Assembly: GCA_965235115.1 (NCBI GenBank)
Contig: OZ249442.1
Span: forward strand, 34,658,001 to 34,722,000
DNA from: Laetmonice hystrix
Lineage: Eukaryota
DNA length: 64,000 nucleotides
Direction of reading: 5' to 3'
Position numbers and translations under genes: made by a program. How positions within the stretch are numbered: position 1 is the first letter of the stretch; each line of letters starts with the position of its first letter. This document shows positions 26,265 to 38,287 of this stretch, one piece after another. The notes beneath the pieces were generated by a model. The model was not told the origin of the DNA. It saw only the letters and a program-made list of their open reading frames with translations, and made no database searches.

Positions 26265-26890
26265 AATATAGGGGACATGTCCTTTATGCTCGCCCTCAAT
26301 CAGGAGTATACTGTAACTGAAGTAGTTAATGTGTTCTGTATGGACTACATGTATATAGCTGAGCGGGAGACATCCTTTATGGACGCCCTCACTCAGGATA
26401 TAATGTAACTCAAGTAGTTTATGTGTTCTGTATTAAGGGACTACATGTATATAGCGGAGCGGGATACACCCTTTATGAACGCCCTCACTCAGGGATATAA
26501 TGTAACTCAAGTAGTTTATGTGTTCTGTATTACGGGACTACATGTATAGCGGAGCGGGATACACCCTTTATGGACGCCCTCACTCCGGGATATAATGTAA
26601 CTCAAGTAGTTTATGTGTTCTGTATTACGGGACTACATGTATAGCGGAGCGGGATACACCCTTTATGAACGCCCTCACTCCGGGATATAATGTAACTCAA
26701 GTAGTTTATGTGTTCTGTATTACGGGACTGCATGTATATAGCGGAGCGGGATACACCCTTTATGAACGCCCTCACTCCGGGATATAATGTAACTCAAGTA
26801 GTTTATGTGTTCTGTATTAAGGGACTACATGTATATAGCTGAGCGGGAGACATCCTTTATGAACGCCCTCACTCCGGGGTATTATAATGT
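26265..26890. repeat. ~95-97-bp minisatellite, ~6.5 copies, with degenerate flanking copies (to about 26195 and 27090)
   Basis: CTTTATG recurs at 26375, 26471, 26566, 26661, 26758 and 26855. Confidence 0.93.
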
Positions 26891-27195
26891 TATTAAAGTA
26901 ATGTATAAGTCCTCTGTTACAAGAGGCATGATGCATATCGTTGGTGTACCCTCCCCACTCAGGCACATGATATGACCCAGCGAGATGGGATATTTATGAA
27001 CCCTCTTAGAGAGGACATAATCTAACTGAAGTAATTTATATAACCTTTCTCCTCACGGGACATGACATAGCTGAGTGAGGTAAGTAATTTATGTGTCTAC
27101 CCGCTCAGGGTCGTACGTTGTCACACGAGGAGGACTGTAACAGACACTGATGCGGACAATGAACGCTGTAGGCGAGCCTACAGACAATTAGTTGC

Positions 27196-27290
27196 CGTCT
27201 CGTGGCGTAAGGTAATCTCCTAAACTCGATGGGTGAGGTTCGAACGAATCAAGAAACCCGTCCCGTGAGCACTGATCCTTGGCCCGATTT
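27196..27290 (+). mobile_element. Possible degenerate tRNA-derived SINE head
   Basis: GTCTCGTGGCGTAAGGTA (A-box-like) followed by GAGGTTCGAAC (partial B-box); spacing shortened. Confidence 0.25.
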
Positions 27291-27442
27291 ATTTCTCCAT
27301 TGCTGCTCGTAAAATGGTTAAATCTTTTTTTTTTCGCTAACTGAATGTGTTGTACTTTTATTTAGGCATATTTTTTAGGTTATTGCTTGCGTGTGGCGGC
27401 ACCGCAGGGGACAGAGAACATGGACTTGAACAGGAAACCGAT

Positions 27443-27612
27443 TGGGACAGGGACGACACAGTATTTGAGACAGGGACGGGACAGGGACGGGTCAGAAAAC
27501 GGGCTGGGACAGGGACGGCACAGGTTCAGAGACAGGGGCGGGACAGGGACGGGTCAGAAAACGGGCTGGGACAGGGACGGCACAGGTTCAGAGACAGGGG
27601 CGGGACAGGGAC
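27443..27612. repeat. 62-bp repeat (~2.5 copies) built from GGGACAGGGAC subunits
   Basis: GAGACAGGG at 27467, 27529 and 27591. Confidence 0.88.
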
Positions 27613-29865
27613 AGTTTATGGTAATGACAAACATAGAACAGGACCAGCCACTCTATACGACAATAGGGAGCTGAGAGGAAGGTTACACCATAGAAACAAA
27701 CTCCCTCCCCCGGTCGCCTCGGCACCATCTCCACAGTCACCACCACCTCCATTCTATTCGGCAAGTATCAGCGTGATCATTATAAAACTCATATCAGACA
27801 AAATGTAACGAAAAGAGGTGGGGGATCATGAAAAGGTTTGTATTTATGAAGCGATATCAGGTTTGAACAAATACCTCCAATCTGGAAGGATAAATTCCAA
27901 ATGTTGTCAGCCGACTCTTGTGGCTTGTAGAAATCTTGGATTAAACAATTAACTTGATTAGCGTTTCATTAAGGGGGAAGTGAATTATCGGAAGTGTCGG
28001 GGGGGGGGGGGGGGTAGACAACGAGGGCAGACACAAAAGGATCAGGAGAGGTCACCTTACGGCTATGAATTCTAGCCCTACAGCGATAAATACCAGCTGG
28101 CAGCTATGAATATTATTTCAACCCTATGACCATGAAAACCATCCCCCACCGTCCATGAATATCAGCCCTATAGTCATGAATAACAGACGTCACCCATGAA
28201 TAACAACATCGTAGGCATAAATAACAGCCCCACAACTATGAATAACAACCATTTAGGTGTTAATAACAGTCCCGCAGCCATGAATAACAGTCCCGCAGCC
28301 ATGAATAGAAGGCCTGCAGCCGCGAGCAATACGAACCTCGTTTAGATAATTAACGGCACATAAAGACGACAGGGAGCTCACAGCCAAATCCACTTCTGAC
28401 CTGATTCTGTAGCAGCTCTGGGAGCGAATCCTTCACTAGCATTGTCACCCGCTCCCCCCTCCCCCCTTCTCATCTCCCTATACCCAACACATGCCCCTCA
28501 TTCATATTGCTGTGAATTAGAAAATTGTAAGGGAGAGGGCGATTGGTTGCCACGAGTAAGTAAAGATCAGAAAGTGATACGTAACTTTAAATGAATTTCA
28601 GATAATGAAAGTAGTTTGGGGAGTGGCGCCTCGCGTAGAAACTGGAGTTATGATGAGAAAGATAGATGATTCGTTCTGACACGTCCTGACCTAGAAGATC
28701 CAAGTGGGGTTTGATGGTCCTGCTCAGCTGAGCTCTTAAGTTGCCAGTAATTGGTTCCTCAGGGCCCTTCAAATATTCACCCAGCAATGATGAAGAGCCT
28801 CAACATCTACTTCAATTTTTAAAATCTCACCGTATTAAAAGCGCCCGGGTATCATACGCTAACAATCTGAACACATTTTGTGCGCCGATACCTGACACTT
28901 CTGGAGTGGATTGAGATCTGGAGGGCTGGGTTGTGGCTTTGATCCGTGTCGTATTGGGGGAATTCCAGCAAACCCTGACTTGTTAAGGAACCCGAGGCCC
29001 TGATAATGTCAGGGTGTAATGTTTATCAGGCCGTGGGACAGCAGCGCCCGTCATTTCAACAAAGTAAAACGGAGCGTTAGGTTATGTCTCCACAGTATTA
29101 CAGGCAGACATTGCCCTAAGACAGTGACCATCGTTTCCCCCCTGCCATACAGCTATTCTGGGCAACCATGATGCCATCCCCATAATGCATTGCCTTCACG
29201 ATGACCCCACCCTGCCTGCTCCATCATTGCATCAATATATTACTTTCCAATTCCAATTCCAACCATCAATCTTTCGCTCCAGTTAATTGGGCCGTTGTCA
29301 TGGGAACTGCGAATCAGAAGTTGGTGGAGCTGTCGCTGCCTCGGCTGGGGAGGGTTTTGTGAGCCGGGCCTGCGGCCTGTTTTCATGTCTGACTGATTGA
29401 ACCAGATCTTCCCTTTTTTTACCAGGCATCAAATGATGTTTAACATTATATTGATCAGTTTTCGCGATGCCTTTTTCCCCGGGAGAATCAAGAGTTAATC
29501 CAAAGATGAAAGAGGATATTAGAATTTTGTGCCATAAAAAGGAAATGAAGGTGTTTCAGAACAGGATCGCTAAAAGACTTGGGGTCTGTAGATAATTTGT
29601 AGGAAGGCAGAGAGAACACAGAATTTCTGTCCGCTAATCAAGTCACTAGTTGATATTAATTTTGTTGTTTATCATCTGTAGGCATAGTCGCCTCAATTTT
29701 GACTGTAAATTTAGGGCAACAGCAAAATGGTCATGTAGAAAATTTAAAAGTTATCAATAATTGCTATAGAAAAAAGCTTCATTATTGCATGAAGGTGTTC
29801 ACGAAGAGGGGAAGGTTAACCGGTGCTGAGATGACACCACAGGGCAGGAAGGGGATACGTAAATA

Positions 29866-30165
29866 CAAGTAACCAATCAGAATCCGCGCAGAGTGGGACT
29901 GCGGGATGAGCAGAGCCCGCCGTAACCAATCAGAATCCGCGCAGAGTGGGACTGCGGGATGATCACCACCCACCGTAACCAATCAGAATCCGCGTAGAGT
30001 GGGACTGCGGGATGAGCAGAGCCTGCCGTAACTAATCAGAATCCGCGGAGAGTGGGACTGCAGGATGATCACAACCCACCGTAACCAATCAGAATCCGCG
30101 TAGAGTGGGACTGCGGGATGATCAGAGCCCGCCGTAACCAATCAGAAACAGAGTGGGACTGCGGG
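29866..30165. repeat. 53-bp minisatellite (~5.5 copies), AACCAATCAG in most units
   Basis: AACCAATCAG at 29871, 29924 and 29977 and onward. Confidence 0.95.
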
Positions 30166-30799
30166 TTGATTGGGGGGGGGGGGGGGGTAGGTTAATAATA
30201 AATCACCTCACTTTGGGTTTTTAAAAATTGTTTTTATGTGAATTGGTGTTGGGCGACATGTGATCAGAGGTGAGATGGTCATGACGTCGTCAAACCAAGG
30301 TCATTCAGATTTTCACAAATTCTCAAGGTCAAACTCGGGTCATGAGGCAATTTACCAAGGTCCTTGCACATGGTTTTAATTTGATAAAGTTTTTTGTTTG
30401 ATTAGAAAAGATAATTTGTGTGAATAATGATTGACAGATGGAGAGTGGATGACGGGGACCGCTTGTGATGAGTCATCGTCGTTCAGCCTCGCTGTCACTA
30501 CTGACAAGTCACGTGACCTCGCCCAGCCATACGGCCTCTTGATGCACTTATAGTTTTTCTCTTAAGAAAGGAAATTTGACTATTTCGTCGGTCTGCAATT
30601 TTGTGTCCTTTCAAACTGAGAGTTGTTTTTATCAACGAAGAACGACCCCATGCATACAGTCTGGGAATTAGCACCTCCAAGATTTTGGCTTTGGATTCGA
30701 ACTTGGTTTTTACACCTTCGCGACGGCCAGATCCATATCAAGGTGGTCAGTTGTATTGGTGGAGGAAATTGGAATATCTGGGGGGGGGGGGGGGGGCAG

Positions 30800-30887
30800 C
30801 AGGTATCTGACAAACCTCACATTGGGTGAAAGGTAAGAGTCGCTGTGGTTACGAGTCGGGGCCTTAGACCACTGACCCACCGCGGCC
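30800..30887 (-). mobile_element. Truncated tRNA-derived SINE head
   Basis: Minus strand reads GGCCGCGGTGGGTCAGTGGTCTAAGGCCCCGACTCG..., a tRNA-Leu/Ser-like D-arm with an A-box-like TGGGTCAGTGG; no B-box. Confidence 0.45.
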
Positions 30888-30935
30888 ACGCATCGCCAAG
30901 GAAACATACCTGATTGTCATTACTTAATGATATAG

Positions 30936-31213
30936 CAGGCACGTGTCCAGGATTTCCAGCAGGAGGGGGGGGGGGGGGTCTCAGAATTTTTTTTAAATTA
31001 GAAGCTCTGAAACGCGATTCCCCGCCATTTTAGGGCATTATATTTTGTAGATTCATCGCTTAATTAACAGGTTCAAAACGGCGGAAATGCTTAGAAAAAA
31101 TCGCTGAACGGGTTCAAAACGGCGGGAATGCTTAAAAAGAATCTATGCTCTGTGGGAGCAGGGGGGGGTCCGGACCCCCTGGACCCCCCCCCCCCCCTCT
31201 GGACACGCGCCTG
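30936..31213. mobile_element. MITE / non-autonomous DNA transposon, 278 bp
   Basis: TIRs CAGGCACGTGTCCAG and CTGGACACGCGCCTG (14/15 match); TATAG directly flanks both ends (30931-30935, 31214-31218); internal poly-G/poly-C and GGGGTCCGGACCCC palindrome. Confidence 0.78.
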
Positions 31214-32502
31214 TATAGTTGTTCTAGCAGAACACGTTGTTATTACTAAGGTAGAGAAAAAAAGGGGAAAGCGGCGATACATTTTAGACCCGGAGACCAC
31301 TGTGCGTGTATGTCAATATCATTCACTCTGCTCCAATTATGTTAAATAGGTTTCCTCTGCTGTGGATAGAGTATAAACAAGATGGATAAGCCATCAATCA
31401 GCCGACTTAGATTTCACTGATGTCGAGGGCAGGATACCGGCTTTGTACCTACATTACTTGTGACAAACAAATCCTGTACCAGGGCCAATTCAAGGCAGCA
31501 GTGAGGCGGATGCATGCATCTTGTTTGCATCTACAACCGTCCAAGACATCTATAACCGTCAGAGGTATCATATTATGTCGCAAAGGTCTCAGTATGGCCG
31601 CACTGCCATCTGGGTAGGTATACCGGCACCTCTGACCCCCATTGCCCCCTGCCCCCCGTCTGTTTTCCCTCCCCCGTCCCCCATCAGTGGCCCAGCTGAC
31701 CCCCTTATATCCCCATCTCTTTGAACCAGTCTATGATGTCACAAAAAGTAATTGTGTGTCGTATTAGGTGAGCAAGGCCATCTCCTCTTTGACCGATTTA
31801 TTAGGCTCGGAAATAGGTGAGGTTTTTGTTGCTCTTTTGTGTTTTTATTTTCTTCGTGAGGGGCTGACCTTTAGCGACATCTAGTGGTTGGAGTCGGAAC
31901 ACATCAAAACGTGACGTCACCACTGAGAGCGCGTCCCGTCGTCCAGATGAACGATGTCGTCTGCCAGGTGTGGTATGAAGTGGAGAAAAACGACATGAAC
32001 TCGTTTAGAGTGCGTTATGTACCGCCATGAAATGTCATGAAAGTGGATGACCCACTGAAATGGAGGTCGCCAATATATATGAGTGTTTGTCGTCTACACG
32101 CAAATTGATGGTCAGAATGGATGAACAAGAAAGGTCAGGCGATAAATTAGTCTGTCCGTGGCTCATGTCTGCTCGGTTAGTGTCGTTACGTGTTTCCCAA
32201 GATGAGTGCTTTTGACAGCGTTTGTCAAAATGGAAACGAATGGCATGTTATGACAGTGATGAAAGGCGAACTTTTGTTAGAGTCCTCGGTATTAAATATT
32301 GGTCTAGTCATTGTCTGCCAAGAGAAAGAGTCAGATAGACAGACATACATACAGGCAGACAGACGGAAAGGGGGGGGGGAGATATATTTGTACAGACCTG
32401 TATAAAATGGCTCGATTATATAACATGTAGGCCTACACTATCTGATCAGCATGGTTTGTCACTGGTCCAGAGACTTGTCAGTAGGCCCAAGGTATACCGT
32501 AC

Positions 32503-32992
32503 CCCCTCCCTCCCTCCTCTCCTCAGTGTCACCCCCAACCCCTCTTCACTCCTCTCCCCCTCCCCTCGACTTCTCTCCCCAACCTCTCTCCACTCCTTTC
32601 CCCCTCTTCCCTCCACTCCGCTCCCCACTCCTCTCCCCATCCCCCTCCACTCCTCTCCCCAGCCGTCTCTCCCCAACCTCTCTCCACTCCTTTCCCCTCC
32701 TTTCCCCATGCCCCACCCCTCTCCCCATCCCCATCCCTCTCCCGTCCTCTCTCCCCATCCCCTACTCCTTCAGTCCCTCCTCCTCCCCTGTAAGGTGTGA
32801 GGTGTCACCAGGATTATGTTAGCCTGATCCGGGCGGCACACTTCACACAGAATGGGAGAACAAAGGCAGTATTTGTCAGGTGGGCGCGGCTCCCTCCCTC
32901 TCTCCTCCCCTCTCCCCCCCCCCGCCTCCCTCTACCCCCCTCTCCCTCCCTCCCTCCCACCTCCCTCTACCCCTCTCTCCCTCTCTCCCTCA
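32503..32992. repeat. Polypyrimidine (CT-rich) low-complexity tracts
   Basis: Two blocks, about 32503-32790 and 32890-32992. Confidence 0.85.
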
Positions 32993-33277
32993 CGGTGAGG
33001 TGAGCTCCTCACAACTTCAGTGGGTGGAGAGGGCAGGTGGGCGCACAGGTTCGTCCGACTGTGACCCCTGTTACCTGACCTCCACTAGGCAGGCGGCCCA
33101 TCACAAGTGAATGAGTGGTTTAAACAGCTCCCTGTTGTTACCTCCTTGGGAGTGTGTCCCTGTAAAAAAACCGGGTCTCATATACCTGACCCTAACATGA
33201 CACATTCCAAATAACATCAACACCATAATATTCCCACCACCCATTTCTGAATGATTTGCTCATAGTTTATGAACCTT

Positions 33278-33431
33278 TACGAGGAATCCTTACCTGACTT
33301 ACCCAAAATGTCGCCCCTTCCCATTACATCAAGATGAATGGATATCTCCAATATGCCTGTTGCCATGGCAACAATCTTGTTTTACTCGATATGGAGGGCG
33401 ACCTTTGTCAATATGATTACCGTCCCTCGTA
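33278..33431. mobile_element. Possible mariner-type mini-element (TACGAGG...CCTCGTA)
   Basis: Only 7 bp of terminal inversion, but TACGAGG is a typical mariner terminus; internal 16-bp palindrome TGTTGCCATGGCAACA. Confidence 0.3.
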
Positions 33432-33672
33432 AGCTCCCATGATACGAGTGGTTGATAACGTCGCCGTTAACCTCCCGGGTGGGAGGGGCGTGGGGCGTGT
33501 GGGGGGGGGGAGCTTTCGGCAAAATACAGCCAGAAAACTGGTCTGCAGGACACACAGTATAGGGCCTATCTTGTACTGCATGGATTCCGTCTCATCCCAA
33601 AGATGTGTGTAGGGGGGGGGGGGGAGGGTCCATTGTCCTGCTCGACCACCAAAGCTTCGTTTTTATAGAGAA

Positions 33673-33890
33673 GTGGCGGTAGCCGAGTGGGCATCGGCGT
33701 TGATACCTTATGCTATGCGAATGGGTGCAGTAATCTTGTGGCCGGGGTTCGATTCCTGTAGAGGACTATACAACTTTTCTCTTTCCGGACATTGTCAAAG
33801 TAATTGGGTTACGCCAGATGCCCGTGCATTTAATAAGAACATCACTCACTCGCTTACTCCCCTCACTCATAACTGAGTCGTCATTCACTC
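33673..33890 (+). mobile_element. tRNA-derived SINE (not a functional tRNA)
   Basis: A box TAGCCGAGTGG 33680-33690, B box GGTTCGATTCC 33746-33756, unrelated body, (CACT/ACTC)-rich tail; acceptor stem does not pair. Confidence 0.7.
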
Positions 33891-35654
33891 AGTGGCTCAG
33901 CCATTCTTGCTCAGACTCATGCCCCCCCCCCCTCCCAAGGTTTGCGAGATTGTAAATCCATCGGTCAGTCTCCCCAGTGTTCCATCCTCACCCCACTGCA
34001 GACATAACGCTCGACTACGTATCCACTTGTGTTCAGCAAGTATTTTTGTATCAAGAGAGACTTGTTGATTTTTTCCCAAGTTGTCTGATTCAGACGGCAA
34101 TCTGAGTAATTCCCCAGTGTAAAGCAGGCTTGAGAGTTGATGCCATGTCTGTTTATTGACAGGATTGGATTTAGCAGGGGTGACTGATGTGCGAATCTCA
34201 ATTTTCCAGAGATGCTCACGCCGTTGATGCCCTCTGTCCGAAGCTGCCATGTGCCCGGGTTTCATCAGCGAGGTGGTTTTTTTAACCCGGCAGCAGTGGC
34301 GGCTGTCCGTGTTTGGCCCATTTTATCTGATATATCTGTGAACTGTCTGACGTCTTACTATAATGCCAAGCAACGTTAAATGTTATTTTCTATAGGGAAA
34401 TCAAGTAAAAAGAAAGTGGCAGGTCCCCGTATCCTGCAGTAATCACATTGCCAATCTGGCTTTCTTCTTAATGGGATTTGATTTGGACATAAAAAGAGCA
34501 TTTGCAGATTTGAGTTGTTAGAGAAGTACCGAGCTGTGTCAGGGTAACGGGCCTGTATGGTGGGGTGGGGGTTGGTAGGGGTGGGGTGGGGGGTTGGTAG
34601 GGGTGGGGTGGGGGTGGGAGGGGGGTATGCGAGGCCCGGGGGAGTCTGGCGGAGAAGATGCTAGACGAGAGTTGGTAGATGGCCAGCTACACTGTGTGTA
34701 CATCTCGAACCTCACATCCGACAGGATCGTAACCACACCGACTTTTTGTATACTACACACTGAAGCCTCACGTTCAGCCTTCAAATTGGATATCAGACTA
34801 GACATGCAGTGTAGAAAGAGGTCACTCAGGGCGGATCCATGATGTCGGTCGGGGGGGGGGGGGGGTTAGGGGGGTTTAGGGGAAAAATTGGCTTGCTGGG
34901 GGTTAGCATGGAGAGAAAAGAAAAATTGGCTTCTACGGGGTTAACCCCCGCACCAACAGTCCCCTTCACGTGGGCGTAACTGACGTTCCCGTCGTGACGA
35001 CATCTCCCGTTCTCGGAGTGACGTCACTACATATCCCGTTTTCGAAGTGACGTCATGATGTGTAAGTTACGATCTGTGACAGCAGGGGGCGCTCGCTGTG
35101 ATCACCGCTGGGAGAAATCGGTCGAGCAAGCGGACAACGCCCCCTGGTGTCCCAGAGATAGGATCACAGTCTGCCGGGATCACTGAACGCAGCCCCGGGG
35201 GCCTATGGGGCTGGGGGGGGGGGGGGTAGGGGGGGGGGAATCCAGCCCCCTCTCCACCGCGGCCAGGTAACAAAGACCTGCCACCTCTGACTCACCTGGT
35301 GTACCCCATCTCAGGTGCTAATGAGTTCTGAAGTGACAGCAGCACTGAAGAACGGTGACAACTCTAGTGATCAGATCTGTGTTGTCTTCATTCACACCCT
35401 GGCTAACCCTCCCACCCCTCCTAGGGTCAGGTGTTAATTCTCGTCCAGAACTCATATCTAAGAACCCACTGGTAACCTCTTTTTTTACCGTGAGTAGTAC
35501 TAATAATGCTAACCGTACTACAGCCGGGTCGGTCGTGTACCGGTTAATGAGTCAGTCTGACCAATATTTACACCTGGAGAATATGAGGATTCTGTGTGGA
35601 TGGGTTTACATGAATGGCCGAAGTTCTGAGTAAACAGCCGCTTACAGTATTATA

Positions 35655-36142
35655 GGCCGCGTTCACATTGGAGGCTTGTTCCGACGCCATATACCCGCTG
35701 TTTCGAGTATATGAACGCAATCATCCGACATAACTTATACGTCGCGTAAGCCCCCGAGTTACATCGGGTAAATTGGGGGCATAGCTATGCCGGTAGACTA
35801 CTTACGTCGGGTAACTTCAAGCTGAACGCTCGCTTGCCGACATAGTGCACCAGGGGGCGCTGGTCTACACTATGAAAAAAATACGCGTTTCTCGGTACCA
35901 AACCTTTGGCCAGGTCTCACTACTTGATGAGGTCTACTGGTAAGTTGACTTTACCCATTTTTTGTTAAAACGTCTGCGACGCCACCTACCGGCTGCTCTG
36001 GGGTGATTCGCTTCTCGACACGCTCTGGTGGATATGGACTTTAGTGCGGGTAAGGGTCGCTCAATATGAACGCGAGCAGCCGTAAGATCATATCAGAATG
36101 TGCCGGACGATTTTGCTCCGGACGAGCAGTGTGAACCCCACC
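35655..36142. mobile_element. PIF/Harbinger-like MITE, ~490 bp
   Basis: Ends GGCCGCGTTCACATTG and CAGTGTGAACCCCACC (12/16 inverted match); flanked by ATA and TTA, consistent with a TWA target. Confidence 0.55.
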
Positions 36143-37130
36143 TTAGAATGCTGGTGAAGCACTAAGCTGTGCTGGGGAGGGTCAGCTTATAAATCGTGTA
36201 AACATGGAATCCGGATGGAATCGGCCATGCGGGCGGGGGGGGGGGGTGTTAACACTTACCCTAGGTGCTAACACCAATCGATATTCGGAGTGGTGGGGTG
36301 GGGGTGGGGTGGGGGCCTGAGATTGGTCGTGATATAGATCTGTGTGACACGGCCATACGATTTGGTGTCGTAACCTGTCATGCGGGGGGGGGCACTTGAT
36401 GCCTGGGTTACACGGTACAGTATGGATCCCCCCCCCCCCCAAACAAAAAAAATCGTTCTCAAAGTGTTCATTCTAGCCATGTTCATTGCACTCCAAACGT
36501 CTCTTCTCAGAGGAGCACACAGTCAGGTGAATATCTCAAAATGTAGAAACAAAACAAGAGAAAGCAAGGCTAAAATGAAAGCTGTGGTTGAAGTGACCAT
36601 GTGTCAGAACCCACAACTGTCCCCCACGACTGAATGATCATCTCCCAGCAGATGATTCAGCCTGGTCGGTGTATAGCCACTAGTTACCCATATTTCTTCC
36701 ACTATTGATCCACATTAGGACTGTGGATGCTAAAGTGGATTGGATGCAGCCAGCAGAGGTCAGCAAGCACCTCTCACCACTGACGACCGACTTAAGTGGA
36801 TTCATTATTAGCCACTAGCTACTGATAATATTTATTTGCAAAACAGTTCATGTTTGGGAGTAATACTGACAACTAGGAGATACTGCCAACTGGGCCTACC
36901 CTCTTATCGCAATCAGTATACGTCCAACCAAGTCCAATTCTCATGTCGTCGGCCTTTACTTGAGGCCTTGTTTGAACAGGCCGAGCCAAAATACATGCTA
37001 TTGACAAATGTGTTGACTCAGTCGCAACTGTTTGAATAATCATTGAAGCTGGGCAAATTGGACGAACATATGATTGGACGCCAAGTGTGAGAGTGTAGGG
37101 CTAACGTCAACACACTGCGTAAAACAGCAA

Positions 37131-37150
37131 TACGAGGGTCGGCTCAACAT
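37131..37150 (+). mobile_element. Solo mariner-like terminus TACGAGGGTCGGCTCAA
   Basis: Resembles mariner TIR starts; no partner end found. Confidence 0.25.
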
Positions 37151-38287
37151 TCTATGTCTGAAACCACGGAAATAAAATTGTTCCTATTATACATCTTAGT
37201 TTCTGGACCCGTGTATGTTAAATACATACTGAACCAAAAACTCCACTTCGTTATTCATGTTATTACTTCGAGATCTGAAATTACTGATTTGATAATTGCA
37301 AAATTCGGTAATAGTGTCCGCGGAGAGGAACTTATAAGACTTGCGGATAAAAAAAACCTCCCACTGGGCCAACAAAAGTAAGTTGGCAGACGTGGTCGTA
37401 TTTCGTTGCATCATTATGAGCGATGGGTGAATGGAATGAGTTTCAATTCAACCATTAGACTCGATTTCATGTTCATTTCCTGCCGATGGCCGCCGCTTCC
37501 TTCGTGTCACAGAGACATTAGGAGGAGATTTAATTTGATCGTTTGATTCAAGGAATTTCATTATACGGCTCCGTGACCATGCCTTCTAGGGTGCCGATAT
37601 ATTTGTTATAATCTGTGAGATTATCTGATAATCTCTGTGAACAGGACGGCAGCGAGCCGTAGGCATGCTGGGTGAGGCTGTACGGGGAGGTTGTAGTTAC
37701 TGTGTGCGGTCAGAGGGGGCGCCACCTACCAGAGCGGGAGACTTGCTGAGACCGGGGGGGGGGGGTAGATGATTGTGTCAGATCATTGCTATGATCAATC
37801 ATCTCCATCAATACTAATCACCGACCAAACCAGCAGAAATGAATCCCTAATGGTGACGAGCCCCTGATTTATGCAAATGGAACATGATTTTATTTTATGG
37901 GAAATTGTTCTTCGTGCTGTGTTGACACCGATGTATTGCCCTGAGAACTGCTCTGTTCGGTTTTTTTTTGTGGTGCCAGTTTCCGGGAGGCCGGGGTGCT
38001 GGGTGGGATCAGTCGTAAATTCTGGACACAGAAAAAGCTCTGTCCTGTGAACTATTGTATGCAGACAGAGGAAGTTGTGGGGTAACGGGCGTGTTAGAGG
38101 TGTGAAGCTAGAGGAGGTCGCGTGTCTGGCTTGGCCGGGGAGAGGGTTGGGGGGTTGGTGTGTGGCTATTGTATCCGGGTAGAATGACCCAGGAGGGAGG
38201 GAGCGTTAGGAGGGGTCAGACATGGCATTGTACCCGGGAGACTTGATCTGCGGGAGGGTGTCGTACCCCCACCTGATCATGACCGTC

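Noticed and set aside
33673-33770. Functional tRNA gene
   Set aside because: Acceptor stem does not pair; followed by a SINE-like body and tail.
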